Of a stretch of DNA of 39,864 bases, positions 16,529 to 26,171 are shown in pieces. A program made the position numbers and the translations under genes. The stretch is from an uncultured Candidatus Micrarchaeota archaeon. Its GTDB lineage: Archaea; Micrarchaeota; Micrarchaeia; Burarchaeales; Fermentimicrarchaeaceae. The DNA lies in NCBI GenBank assembly GCA_963760615.1, contig CAVXDX010000015.1:1-39864 (forward strand), given 5' to 3'. Within the stretch, counting starts at the first letter, position 1. Each line of letters opens with the position of its first letter. Under the pieces are notes generated by a model. The model made no database searches, was not told the origin of the DNA, and worked only from the letters and a program-made list of their open reading frames with translations.

Positions 16529-19500
16529 CTAGGCATGGCAGGTCTCGCACCCGCCAGCATAATCAGCGGCAACCACCCCATTCTCATCAACTCCATTGGG
16601 ATGCGCCACAGCACCCTCCTCAACAATCTCCTTCTTTTCCGCTCCCTTGAAAGCATCTATGCTCAGCACCTGCCCCTCCCTGCTTTTATCCCTGTACACA
16701 GTTACGCCCTTGCACCCGAGCTTGTAGGCAAGCATGTACACCTTCTCCACATCCTCCGGAGTTGCATCCACCGGGAAGTTTATCGTCTTTGAAACTGCGT
16801 TGTCTATATACTCCTGGAATGCAGCCTGAATCTTCACGTGCCACTCGGGCGAAACCCCGTAGGCTATTACAAAGATTTCCTTCCATTTTTCTGGAACTTC
16901 CTCAACACTCTGCACTCCCCCACTCTTGGCAATTTTCCTTATGAGCTCCATACTGTAGAACCCCTCTCTTCTTGCAATTCTCTCAAATACTGGATGAACC
17001 TCAAGCAGCTCTGTGTTGTCCATCACCCTTCTCACATAGGCAATTGCAAACAGAGGCTCAATGCCGCTGGAGCATCCCGCAATTATGCTCAATGTCCCTG
17101 TGGGGGCAATTGTCGTAGTTGTGGCATTCCTCAGCTTTGGAGCGCCTGGCTTGTTGTAAACACTTCTCTCAAAATTCGGGAATGCCCCCCTCTTCTCAGC
17201 AAGCTTTACAGATGCCTTCTTGCTCTCGTCGTTTATGAACCCCATGACGCTCCCGGCAACCTCAACAGCCTTCTCCGAGTTGTAAGCAACACCCATCTGG
17301 AAAAGCATATCTGCAAACCCCATCACACCCAGCCCAATCTTCCTGTTTCCCCTGCTCATCTTCTCAATTTCAGGAATTGGGTACTTGTTTGCATCAATCA
17401 CATTATCCAGGAAATGCACGGCAGTCCAAACAACTTTTTTCAGCCTCTCCCAGTCAATCTCCCCATCCTCCTTCACCATTTTTGAGAGGTTTATTGAGCC
17501 CAGATTGCATGACTCGTATGAAAGCAATGGCTGCTCCGCGCAGGGATTAGTGCTCTCGATATGGCCCAAGGCAGGAGTTGGATTTGCTGCATCCATCCTA
17601 TCTATAAAAACCACCCCGGGCTCCCCATTCTTCCATGCCTGCTGCACTATGAGCTTGAAAACTTTTTTTGCGGACAACTTGTCAACAGGTGTTCCGCTCC
17701 TTGGATTCAATAAGTCATAATCCTCATCCCTCTCCACTGCGCCCATGAATCTATCAGTCACAGCAACCGATATGTTGAAATTGTTCAATGCATGCATGCT
17801 GCTCTTCGCCATGATGAACTCCAGTATATCCGGATGATCCACTCTGAGCATCCCCATATTGGCTCCTCTTCTCTTCCCCCCTTGCTTTATCACATCCGTT
17901 GAAACATCAAACACCCTCATGAAGGAGACAGGACCGCTGGCAATCCCGCCGGTTGACTTCACCACGTCTCCCTTCGGCCTCAGCTTTGAGAAGGAGAAGC
18001 CTGTGTTGTGGACTACAGAAAATCCATTCATGCCAGCAAGGTAATTCTGATACTTCTCAACACTGAAATCATAGAATGGTCGAGTCTTGGCAACTTTTGT
18101 AATTTTTTTAACGACAACGCAGGTTTGCACTACCCGTATTAAACTGGCAATTTTTTCCTTTGTATTTCTGTGCGTACTTACTCCGTAGAGTTCTTGCAAG
18201 ATCCCAAGGAGATACAGTCTGTTAACACCAAGCCCCCATCTTAAGCGATGTAACCAGAACTTTTTATTGCCAATACGCGCGGGTTTTTTATGTATAGCTG
18301 TTGAATGGGTTTTTATCCCAAGCTCATTTAGGAAAGGCTCTATAAACTCAAACTTTAGCGGCAGGCAGTCTGCTTTGCCTATCTTTGAAATTTTTTGATT
18401 ATTTAGCCGCTCTTTCTTCATACTGTCATTGACGTAAGGCAATAAAAGTTCCTTCAGCTTGTCCGCTCTCTCGCGTGTTGAAAAGGTGACCTCGTAAACA
18501 ATGCGTTTGCCATTCCCATACGGAAGCCTTCTTCGAATTTTTGGGTCTAACGTTAGTAAAGACAAGACGTAGATAAGCTGCTCTGCTAGCGCATAGGACG
18601 TAGTGGAAAAAGAGACCCTTGAATTCCGGTTATCAACATAACCATCAGAATCTATGAGTCCGGCCAAGTATGAGCAAACAACCTTCAATGGAGATTTTAT
18701 AATGAAAGAGGGTACAGTTAGTCTGCCCTCTTTCGAACCGACAATTCCATTATTGAGATTAAGCCATTTATTAACGAAATCCTTATTCGTCGTGGTTAAG
18801 CTATATACCTCGCCTCTGCTATCTTTTTGGATTTTTACTTTTATCCCAAATTTCTTATCCAATACTCTTTGAGCTTTTTTTAGGCAATCTGTTCTACCAT
18901 CAAATAAGCGAAAACGCAGACCATTTTTTGAATTCCCAACAGAGCCATCCCCAGTCCAGAAGCCCAACAGCCATGCAATGTCCTCATCTACAGTTATGCC
19001 AGATGTGCTGCTATAAGATTCAAATGGCCAAGCAGGAAGGACGGTATCATTAGCCCTGACAACAATATCCTGAACCTGCAACTTATCAGCCCTTTTCTCT
19101 TTAATAAGACCTTCAGGGGTTAAGACAAAGAAAGGGTGCCACGGACTTGTAATTATCTGCGGTCCCGATGTCTCAATGTTATATGCAGGATTGACTTTTG
19201 GGTATTTCCATATCCTGGTTATTCTATCATTGTAGAATGTATTGTTGTTTGGATTAAACGCAAGAGTACGAATATTTTTATCAGATATATCTATCCATTC
19301 GCATGACTTATCACTCACAGGCTGCCTTTCCTTAGCGCATTTTCCATATACAGTTTCTATGTTTTCTATACCACACATCGTTGTGAAAACTTTTGAGCCT
19401 TCCGAGATGCAGCCCCCCCCGGACTGGTGAATCAATGCAGTATTCTTCACCGCATTGAATATGCTCTCAATAGAATCCTCAATCGGCAGGACAAAGCACG

Positions 19501-20110
19501 CAGAGAGCTGCCCTATTTCCGTGCCGGCATTCATCAGCGTTGGGGAATTTGGCAGGAAATCCAAGTTAATCATCGCATTGTAGAACTCCTCCTCCACCTC
19601 GCTTGTGTCAACATTCTTGTCATAGAACATGTCGGCAAGTGCAATTGCCTTTGCGACCCTCCTGAACATCTGCTTTGGAGTCTCAATCACATTCCCATTC
19701 TTATCCTTCTTCAAGTACCTTCTCTCAAGAACCTTCACCGCATTCACAGTAAGCTTGTTATCCACCTCATCAACAGGAACATTGAGCAGCTCAGCCTTCA
19801 GCTCCCTCAGAATGGCTCGCTTCTGCCTGTAAAGGATATACGCCTTGGCAGTCTTGGCATGCCCATTCTCAATGAGGACTTTCTCAACAGTATCCTGCAC
19901 ATCCTCTACTGTTGGAATCCTCCCTGCAAAATTCTCATTCACAATCGCAACAACATTATCCGCAAGCTTCTCTGCTATCTCTCGGTCCTCCCCCCCAACC
20001 GCGACTGCAGCCTTGAAAATAGCATTGGTTATCTTACTCTTGTCAAAATCAACAATCTTCCCTTCTCTTTTTTTAATCTGACTAACTGCCGCCTTACCTC
20101 CTTCAGCCAT
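16529..20110 (-). CDS. nrdJ: Class II (adenosylcobalamin-dependent) ribonucleotide reductase with N-terminal ATP cone, intein-containing
   Basis: ATP cone, [27 protein letters not shown], catalytic [34 protein letters not shown]-terminal CETC. No NrdB/NrdF gene nearby; cobO adjacent. Confidence 0.93.
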   Translation of the reverse strand: MAEGGKAAVSQIKKREGKIVDFDKSKITNAIFKAAVAVGGEDREIAEKLADNVVAIVNENFAGRIPTVEDVQDTVEKVLIENGHAKTAKAYILYRQKRAILRELKAELLNVPVDEVDNKLTVNAVKVLERRYLKKDKNGNVIETPKQMFRRVAKAIALADMFYDKNVDTSEVEEEFYNAMINLDFLPNSPTLMNAGTEIGQLSACFVLPIEDSIESIFNAVKNTALIHQSGGGCISEGSKVFTTMCGIENIETVYGKCAKERQPVSDKSCEWIDISDKNIRTLAFNPNNNTFYNDRITRIWKYPKVNPAYNIETSGPQIITSPWHPFFVLTPEGLIKEKRADKLQVQDIVVRANDTVLPAWPFESYSSTSGITVDEDIAWLLGFWTGDGSVGNSKNGLRFRLFDGRTDCLKKAQRVLDKKFGIKVKIQKDSRGEVYSLTTTNKDFVNKWLNLNNGIVGSKEGRLTVPSFIIKSPLKVVCSYLAGLIDSDGYVDNRNSRVSFSTTSYALAEQLIYVLSLLTLDPKIRRRLPYGNGKRIVYEVTFSTRERADKLKELLLPYVNDSMKKERLNNQKISKIGKADCLPLKFEFIEPFLNELGIKTHSTAIHKKPARIGNKKFWLHRLRWGLGVNRLYLLGILQELYGVSTHRNTKEKIASLIRVVQTCVVVKKITKVAKTRPFYDFSVEKYQNYLAGMNGFSVVHNTGFSFSKLRPKGDVVKSTGGIASGPVSFMRVFDVSTDVIKQGGKRRGANMGMLRVDHPDILEFIMAKSSMHALNNFNISVAVTDRFMGAVERDEDYDLLNPRSGTPVDKLSAKKVFKLIVQQAWKNGEPGVVFIDRMDAANPTPALGHIESTNPCAEQPLLSYESCNLGSINLSKMVKEDGEIDWERLKKVVWTAVHFLDNVIDANKYPIPEIEKMSRGNRKIGLGVMGFADMLFQMGVAYNSEKAVEVAGSVMGFINDESKKASVKLAEKRGAFPNFERSVYNKPGAPKLRNATTTTIAPTGTLSIIAGCSSGIEPLFAIAYVRRVMDNTELLEVHPVFERIARREGFYSMELIRKIAKSGGVQSVEEVPEKWKEIFVIAYGVSPEWHVKIQAAFQEYIDNAVSKTINFPVDATPEDVEKVYMLAYKLGCKGVTVYRDKSREGQVLSIDAFKGAEKKEIVEEGAVAHPNGVDENGVVAADYAGGCETCHA
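18005..19411 (-). mobile_element. Intein with LAGLIDADG homing endonuclease (469 aa) in nrdJ
   Basis: Junctions HQSGGG|CISEGSKV and GFSVVHN|TGFSFS; endonuclease blocks LLGFWTGDG and [10 protein letters not shown]; removal restores GGGTGFSFS; visibly more AT-rich than the exteins. Confidence 0.96.
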
Positions 20111-20141
20111 CACACCACCTTCAATGATAATAATACCCTCT

Positions 20142-20199
20142 ACACAACCTATAGTGGTTCAATAGAAGCCTAAATACTATATATCGTAATTTATTTAAA
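20142..20199. promoter_or_regulatory. Tandem NrdR boxes overlapping the nrdJ TATA promoter
   Basis: ACACAACCTATAGTGG (20142-20157) and ATACTATATATCGTAA (20174-20189) match acaCwAtATaTwGtgt at 13/16 and 12/16, starts 32 bp apart. TTTAAATA on the minus strand at 20192-20199. Confidence 0.75.
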
Positions 20200-20216
20200 C
20201 CTTGCGTTCAGCCAAT

Positions 20217-20681
20217 TTACCTTCTTTTCAGCTTTCTTCTCATTACCCTAAGCTCATTCTCAAACGACTCAATATCCGCAAAGGAACGGTACACTGAGGC
20301 GAATCTTATGTAAGCAACCTTATCAAGCCTCTTCAGCTTCTTCATCACCAGCTCCCCGATCTTGCTGCTCTCCACCTCCAGCGTCTCCATATTCCTGAGC
20401 TCCCTCTCAATCTCCTCAACCAAATTCTCAATCTTCTCTTGGCTGATAGGTCTTTTCTCGCATGCCTTCTGCACCCCCGCGAGCAGCTTATTCCTGTCGA
20501 ACTTCTCCCTCCTCCCGTCCTTCTTTATCACGACCAAATCAATTGTTTCCACTCTCTCGTATGTTGTGAACCTCTTCTTGCATTTCCTGCACTGTCTCCT
20601 CCTTCTAGTAATCTCAAGCTCGCCAACATCGCGCGAGTCTATCACATTTGTTCTCCCATGAGCGCAGTAGGGGCACCTCAC
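20217..20681 (-). CDS. nrdR: Transcriptional repressor NrdR
   Basis: MRCPYC...VIDSR...RRRRQCRKCKKRFTTYE Zn ribbon, ATP cone, LDKVAYIRFASVYRSF. Confidence 0.97.
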   Translation of the reverse strand: MRCPYCAHGRTNVIDSRDVGELEITRRRRQCRKCKKRFTTYERVETIDLVVIKKDGRREKFDRNKLLAGVQKACEKRPISQEKIENLVEEIERELRNMETLEVESSKIGELVMKKLKRLDKVAYIRFASVYRSFADIESFENELRVMRRKLKRR

Positions 20682-20690
20682 TCTCCCACC

Positions 20691-21215
20691 TCAGTACTGT
20701 ATACCCTCCTGTGCAGGAATTCCCTTTTTGTAGGGATGCTTTATATCCTTCACCTCATTCACAAAATCCGCTTTCTCAATCAACTCCTTTGGGGCCTGCC
20801 TCCCGGTTATTGCAATCACGGTTTCCTTTGGAGCCTCGTCAAGCAGCTTCACCACATCCTTAACATTCACAAGCCCTATGGAAGCTGCAAGGTTCAGCTC
20901 GTCAAGCACCACGAGATTGGGTTTTTTCAGCAGTTCCTCACTCGCAAACTTCAAGCCCTTCTCTGCAAGCTCCTTGTCCTCCTTGCTCGGGTTCTTCAAA
21001 TCGACGAACTCCTCCCTGCCGAACTGGAATATCTCGTAATGCGGATGCAGTCTCCTCGCAATCTTGTACTCCCCAATGTCTTTCCTGCCCTTCATGAACT
21101 GAATTACTACTACCTTGTGCCCGTGCCCCACAGACCTCAGAGCGAGGCCAAGCGCCGCGGTTGTCTTGCCTCCTCCTTCTCCGGTATAAAGATATAGCAA
21201 ACACTCACCCCCCAA
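20691..21215 (-). CDS. cobO: Cob(I)alamin adenosyltransferase (CobO/BtuR type)
   Basis: YTGEGGGKTTAALGLALRSVGHG, VIQFMKG, VVLDEL, ITGR, KHPYKKGIPAQEGIQY. Start codon uncertain. Confidence 0.93.
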   Translation of the reverse strand: MGGECLLYLYTGEGGGKTTAALGLALRSVGHGHKVVVIQFMKGRKDIGEYKIARRLHPHYEIFQFGREEFVDLKNPSKEDKELAEKGLKFASEELLKKPNLVVLDELNLAASIGLVNVKDVVKLLDEAPKETVIAITGRQAPKELIEKADFVNEVKDIKHPYKKGIPAQEGIQY

Positions 21216-21308
21216 ACAAGTTCACTCAAAAATTTATTCCGTCAAGTTATATAAGCATTGCTACCACCAGGCAAATGCATTAAATATCTCCTCAACAAAA
21301 AACTTTTG

Positions 21309-21497
21309 ATGCTTCCAAAAATCGAAAAGAAACGCTGCCTAGGATGTGGAGCATGCATCTCAGCCTGCCCCACAGGGGTTTTCGATTCAGGCCGTGACCA
21401 CCCAATAGTTGTAAACCCCTCAGCATGCATAGGCTGCAAGCTGTGCGCCCTCAACTGCCCGCATGGAGCCATCCATTTCAAGAGAAAGACCGAATAA
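21309..21497 (+). CDS. 2[4Fe-4S] ferredoxin
   Basis: CLGCGACISACP and CIGCKLCALNCP motifs. Start set at MLPKIE (21309). Confidence 0.92.
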   Translation: MLPKIEKKRCLGCGACISACPTGVFDSGRDHPIVVNPSACIGCKLCALNCPHGAIHFKRKTE

Positions 21498-21501
21498 AGT
21501 A

Positions 21502-21526
21502 TTAGAATTTCCAAGATAGTTTTAGA
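21502..21526 (+). repeat. Left copy of 25-bp imperfect direct repeat flanking the GNAT block
   Basis: TTAGAATTTCCAAGATAGTTTTAGA; 22/25 identical to 26722-26746. Confidence 0.6.
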
Positions 21527-21579
21527 TACCTCGCAACTGAACCTCCCCTTTAATATATTCAAAATTCCATAATCTAATT

Positions 21580-22743
21580 ATGAATGACATAACTCAGAAA
21601 CCCAAACAGGAAAACCCCATGGATATCATAAAAACTCCGGAACTCCTCCTCGTCCGCATTGAGAGCTTCACCTCCAAGGAAATGAGCAATGCGTGCAAGG
21701 GGCTAGATGAAAAACTCCTTGGAAGAGTGGCTGCAATGTGCGAAAGCATTGCAAACTCGGGAGAAAAGCCATACTGCGCAGTGCAAACAATACTCAACAT
21801 GTCGAAAAAGAAGGACTGCACGGAGGAGATACTGAATTCAGTTATGAAACACTTTGAGCAATTCCCCGACACCTGGTTATCCTACCAGACCGAAAAACTT
21901 TCGCAGGATGTTTCTGCCGCACAACTCTTCAAATCCATCCCGCTTATGGAGAGAATCTGCAAATGGAACAGGAGGGCATTTTCTGTCAGACTTGATGAGG
22001 AACATTTTGTCTTCCTGACCTCGCAACTTGTAACCGCCCTTGGCGACCAAAAAGGGCTTGAAAAATGCATGGAATTAGGTAAGGAATGTGCAGAGAGGGG
22101 AATACACCCGGAAGACCTCCAGCATACCCTGGTACTGCTTATAAAGAAGCATCCCACCAACGAACAGTTCAATACAGTTGTCGATGAATTATCAAAGCTC
22201 CTAACCTTCATTGAGCCAGCCCCCCATGCACTTAAAAATCTTCCGGATGAGATACAATTCTCCAAAACTGATGAATTCATCAAATATCTCAAAGACTTCA
22301 ATTTTAAGAATGACCCATCCAGAAAAGCAATTAGGGTGACAATTGATATACCAAAAGAAGAAGAGCTGTCCAAGGTGCTTCGGATATACGATCAATATAA
22401 GGGAGAACGCGGAGATGTCGGGGTGCACAATACATGGGTCGCACATGCTAAGGGAGACTTTGTAGGGGCAGCTAAGGGGGACCTTGTAGGTGGGATGACT
22501 GTGGAGGAAGTTTTGGGCACCACATTCATTAGGGTTATAGGTGTTGAACCCGGACTTAAAAGAAGAAAAATTGGAGAACAAATGGTCAGTTGGCTTAGCA
22601 AGAAAATTACTGAGGAGGACGGCATCCTATCTGTTGAATTACCAAAGGAACGTGAAGGCCAGCCGGAATTCTATGCTAAGCTGGGATTTAAAAAAGGTCT
22701 TACAAACGAAAAAGGAGAGTTGATAATGGAGTACAGACCCTGA
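21580..22743 (+). CDS. Helical N-terminal domain fused to C-terminal GNAT acetyltransferase domain
   Basis: C-terminal ~140 aa: NTWVA...VGGMTV...IRVIGVEPGLKRRKIGEQMV...EFYAKLGF. Confidence 0.8.
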   Translation: MNDITQKPKQENPMDIIKTPELLLVRIESFTSKEMSNACKGLDEKLLGRVAAMCESIANSGEKPYCAVQTILNMSKKKDCTEEILNSVMKHFEQFPDTWLSYQTEKLSQDVSAAQLFKSIPLMERICKWNRRAFSVRLDEEHFVFLTSQLVTALGDQKGLEKCMELGKECAERGIHPEDLQHTLVLLIKKHPTNEQFNTVVDELSKLLTFIEPAPHALKNLPDEIQFSKTDEFIKYLKDFNFKNDPSRKAIRVTIDIPKEEELSKVLRIYDQYKGERGDVGVHNTWVAHAKGDFVGAAKGDLVGGMTVEEVLGTTFIRVIGVEPGLKRRKIGEQMVSWLSKKITEEDGILSVELPKEREGQPEFYAKLGFKKGLTNEKGELIMEYRP

Positions 22744-22762
22744 AAATTTTATAAAACTTAGA

Positions 22763-22951
22763 CTACTGAGTTTGAACTTCCTTGGACTCTTCCTTCAGTT
22801 TTTCAATTATAACTTTTCTTCCATCAATTTTCATCCTCACCTTTTCACTGATTTGAAAAGGGAATGCGCTGTCCTTGAAAATATCCATTGGAATGTAGAT
22901 GCATGAGCCCCCTCTTCCGAATTTGTATATCTGGGTTTCTTTTTCTTTCAT
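22763..22951 (-). CDS. AbrB/SpoVT-like small DNA-binding protein
   Basis: IYKFGRGGSCIYIPMDIFKDSAFPF...KVRMKIDGRKVIIEK; aligns with 5937-6146; AT-rich TATA region upstream. Confidence 0.7.
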   Translation of the reverse strand: MKEKETQIYKFGRGGSCIYIPMDIFKDSAFPFQISEKVRMKIDGRKVIIEKLKEESKEVQTQ

Positions 22952-23182
22952 TTGGTCGCCTTGAATCTATTATAATAAACCTATATAAAAATGTTATATA
23001 CGAATCCATAAACATACTCTTCGTCGTAATCGCTTTTTTCAACCCTCTTTTGCCCTGGAAGCTTGCTTTCTTCACCCATGAGCATCAAATTCCATGTTTA
23101 TGAAACAAATTGGTTTGTGAAAATGCCTTTTCGGGCTTTTGGAAAACGGTTTGGAATTTGGCTCGGAATTTGGAGGGGAATT

Positions 23183-23614
23183 TCAAACATGCTTTACCAT
23201 TGTAACCAAAGGCATTCCGCCTTTAGCTTCAAACCCCAGTTTATCAAAGAGCTCTATCATATCCTCCTTTGCAGGGTCAATTTTCACTTCAATCCTACTG
23301 AAGCCCTCCCTTTTCATCTCCTCAATCACTTTTGAAACCATCTGCCGTCCAATCTCCCTGTCCTGAAGCTCTGGCTTAACTCCTATAACCCTCAATTCCG
23401 CGCAGTTAGCACCCAATTCAAGGAATCTAATATAATTCCTGTTTACGGTTATTGCTCCAACTATATCTCCTGATCCATCCTTCGCAACAAAAGTGTTATC
23501 TTTGTTCACACCCTCACAAATTCCCTTATGCTGCCTGTAGATGCTGGTGACTATCGGCAAGTCCGTTAGCTTTGCTGGTTCAACAGTCACAACAATTGGT
23601 TTTTCCTTCAGCAT
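23183..23614 (-). CDS. GNAT family N-acetyltransferase
   Basis: NTFVAKDGSGDIVGAITV, LRVIGVKPELQDREIGRQMV, LFDKLGF. Confidence 0.85.
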   Translation of the reverse strand: MLKEKPIVVTVEPAKLTDLPIVTSIYRQHKGICEGVNKDNTFVAKDGSGDIVGAITVNRNYIRFLELGANCAELRVIGVKPELQDREIGRQMVSKVIEEMKREGFSRIEVKIDPAKEDMIELFDKLGFEAKGGMPLVTMVKHV

Positions 23615-23624
23615 GCAACATACC

Positions 23625-24026
23625 TTAAAGATGTTTAATCATTGATTGGGAATCCAGCATCTCAAATCCAAACTGAGAGTAGAAACTCTGCCTGTTTTCC
23701 TGAGGGAGGTCAACAACAACCGCCCTCTTCCCCTGCCTCCTCATCTCATCCACAACCGCCCCGAGCAGCTGGCTTCCGATCCCTCTGCCGTGCAATGCTG
23801 GGTCAACGCAAATCACCTCTATCTTAACCCACGAAGGTTGCGGCTCCGATACTGTTGCAGCCCCGATAACAGCTCTGGCTTGGTTTCTGGCAACGAACGT
23901 ATTGCTAGGATTCACGTTACTGCACCTCCTATCATTCTGCCAGTAAATCCCTGTAACAACCGGTAGTTCGCTAACTTGCGCATTCCCGATGCTCACTTCA
24001 ATAAATCCTGGTTTTTCTGCATTCAT
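23625..24026 (-). CDS. GNAT family N-acetyltransferase
   Basis: NTFVARN...VIGAATV, motif A CVDPALHGRGIGSQLL, SFYSQFGF. ATGA overlap with the upstream gene. Confidence 0.9.
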   Translation of the reverse strand: MNAEKPGFIEVSIGNAQVSELPVVTGIYWQNDRRCSNVNPSNTFVARNQARAVIGAATVSEPQPSWVKIEVICVDPALHGRGIGSQLLGAVVDEMRRQGKRAVVVDLPQENRQSFYSQFGFEMLDSQSMIKHL

Positions 24027-24424
24027 AACTCAAGCACCATTTCAGATGGGTTCAACTCCTTAAACCCGAATTTTTTGTAGAACCATTGATTCCTGTTTTG
24101 ATGAGCAATATAAATTACCTTGTACCCATCATTTTTTAAATCTTCAATAACCGCCTCAAGTAACTGCTTTCCTACACCTTTTCCCTCAAAAGCCGGGTCT
24201 ACGCCAACACTGCGTATAGTTGCAATGTTTGGATTAGTTTTAAATGTCACAGCTCCAACCACAATGCCGGCTGCATTCCTAGCAACATAAGTATTGTCAC
24301 AACCTACTTGAGTGGTATCCGCCTCGCGTTTTCTGTATATATCCAGCACAATAGGTATCTCCTCTGGCGTTGCCTTCCCCGCAGTAACTTTTATCCTAGC
24401 TGGCTTTTCTGCGTGAATACTCAT
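24023..24424 (-). CDS. GNAT family N-acetyltransferase
   Basis: NTYVARNAAGIVVGAVT, motif A GVDPAFEGKGVGKQLL, WFYKKFGF. Confidence 0.9.
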   Translation of the reverse strand: MSIHAEKPARIKVTAGKATPEEIPIVLDIYRKREADTTQVGCDNTYVARNAAGIVVGAVTFKTNPNIATIRSVGVDPAFEGKGVGKQLLEAVIEDLKNDGYKVIYIAHQNRNQWFYKKFGFKELNPSEMVLEL

Positions 24425-24439
24425 ACTATCACTTGGAAC

Positions 24440-26092
24440 CTAAATCTCATGAGCCATCTTACTGGAATCCAAACTCCAAAACCCCAACTTTGAATAAAAC
24501 TGCCTTTGCTCCAATGGAACTTCGGCAACAATTGCCCTGAATCCATCATTTTTTGCCTCCTTCCCAACCATTGCAATCAATTTAGCTTCAACATCTTTAT
24601 TCTGCCAGTTCTGCTCAACCCCTAACGCCTTAATATATATCCACTCAAAATCAGGCATTTCTTCAACAGTTACAGCTCCAATCAACTTTCCTCTATTATC
24701 ACATGCTACAAATATGTTATCAGAATTCACCCCACTGCTTCCCACCCCACATCTGCGGTACATCTCCATAACGCTCTGGATTTCTTCAGGCTTCACTCTC
24801 TCAACACTCACTTTTCTTATAAGAATCCTTTCCACAGCATTATTGAATATTCTTTCAGAATATCCCATCACGGCTATCAGTCTATCCTCCTCAGGATCTA
24901 AACCCTCCTTCTGGCACCTTTTCAGGTGGTTTTCAAAAGTAGCAATACTAACCTGTTCTATCACTTCTGGGTGCATCCACCATCTGAAATTATACCTCTC
25001 AGCCATTTCCGTTATCTGCATCAAGTGTTTCCTCCAGTCTGCATGGGCTTTCAGAAGCTCATCAACCATATAGCTACTTAGATGAAACTTCTCTATGTCA
25101 TCTGAGAACATCCCAGCCTTCACGCACCTAAGAGCCAGCTTCTCTGAGAAACCAATCTTCTCGAGTTCCCCCATCTGAGCCAGCAACATTTCGTTGGTCT
25201 CCCAGGGATTTTCCAGTAATGGTTCAAGCATCCAGACGTAATGTTTTTCAAAAACCGGCCAAAATCTTTTGTCTATTCTGTGTAACCACCTCTTGGGAGT
25301 CTTGAAACTAGGATTTTCCAGTCCCTCACTGCAAGCCAGCCCCTTGTAATATTCGGTAAGTTCCTCCTTCTTTATAGCAACTTCCCTTTCCAACAGGCCT
25401 CCATCGGCAGCAATGGCAGATAGCAATCCTCTTATACGCCTCTCTTTTATAGCAGGGAGCTCTTTTTTTATGAAGTTGGCTATCTTCGAATAGCTCATAA
25501 CCCCATTATGCGTCTCAAATTCGTTCTGAAGTTTCTCAAATGCCTTCCTCTCAGGACCCAGCAGGCCGCTTAGGGAGGAGGAGTATCCCTTGGAATCATA
25601 AAAGTAGACAACCGGGGGGTAAAGCTCGCCGAGAGGCATTTCTATTCCCAGGTGGTTGCGGTAGACTTTTTCCACCAGCCCGCCGCGGTTCACAAGCTTA
25701 TTCAATAAATCGAATATCCTCTCATCAGATATGCTGGGGGCACTTTCTTTTATGAAAGCAATTACCTCATCTCTCTCCATAACGTTTTTTCTAATCTTGC
25801 CAGTCAGATCATCGAATGCCTTCCTCTCCAGAATCTCGCTTATCCTCTCATCTGATAGGTAAGGAATCTTTTCTTTTATGAAGGCATTTATTTCATCTTT
25901 CTTAATAGCACCATTTTTAACATGGCGAGCCAAGTCACCCAACGCATTTTTCTCAACCCCGTTTAATTCAGCCAAGTCCAGATCTCTCAGAGAGTAAAAA
26001 TACTCCCGGTAGGCATAAACAATTTTTGATGGCACCGCCGATGTCTCTTCTATCTGACTCTTGAGAGGTGCCTCAAGCACAACTTTAGTCAT
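24440..26092 (-). CDS. Large protein: repeated helical N-terminal modules plus C-terminal GNAT domain
   Basis: C-terminal NIFVACDNRGKLIGAVTV, LGVEQNWQNKDVEAKLI, QFYSKLGF; three internal helical repeats of about 42-50 aa in aa 47-236. Confidence 0.8.
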   Translation of the reverse strand: MTKVVLEAPLKSQIEETSAVPSKIVYAYREYFYSLRDLDLAELNGVEKNALGDLARHVKNGAIKKDEINAFIKEKIPYLSDERISEILERKAFDDLTGKIRKNVMERDEVIAFIKESAPSISDERIFDLLNKLVNRGGLVEKVYRNHLGIEMPLGELYPPVVYFYDSKGYSSSLSGLLGPERKAFEKLQNEFETHNGVMSYSKIANFIKKELPAIKERRIRGLLSAIAADGGLLEREVAIKKEELTEYYKGLACSEGLENPSFKTPKRWLHRIDKRFWPVFEKHYVWMLEPLLENPWETNEMLLAQMGELEKIGFSEKLALRCVKAGMFSDDIEKFHLSSYMVDELLKAHADWRKHLMQITEMAERYNFRWWMHPEVIEQVSIATFENHLKRCQKEGLDPEEDRLIAVMGYSERIFNNAVERILIRKVSVERVKPEEIQSVMEMYRRCGVGSSGVNSDNIFVACDNRGKLIGAVTVEEMPDFEWIYIKALGVEQNWQNKDVEAKLIAMVGKEAKNDGFRAIVAEVPLEQRQFYSKLGFWSLDSSKMAHEI

Positions 26093-26171
26093 GTTTAACT
26101 TTTCTCTCTTGAGATATAAAAATAAGGCGGGTTACCGGTAATCAATTTAACTTCTCTTGAGAAATTATAGC

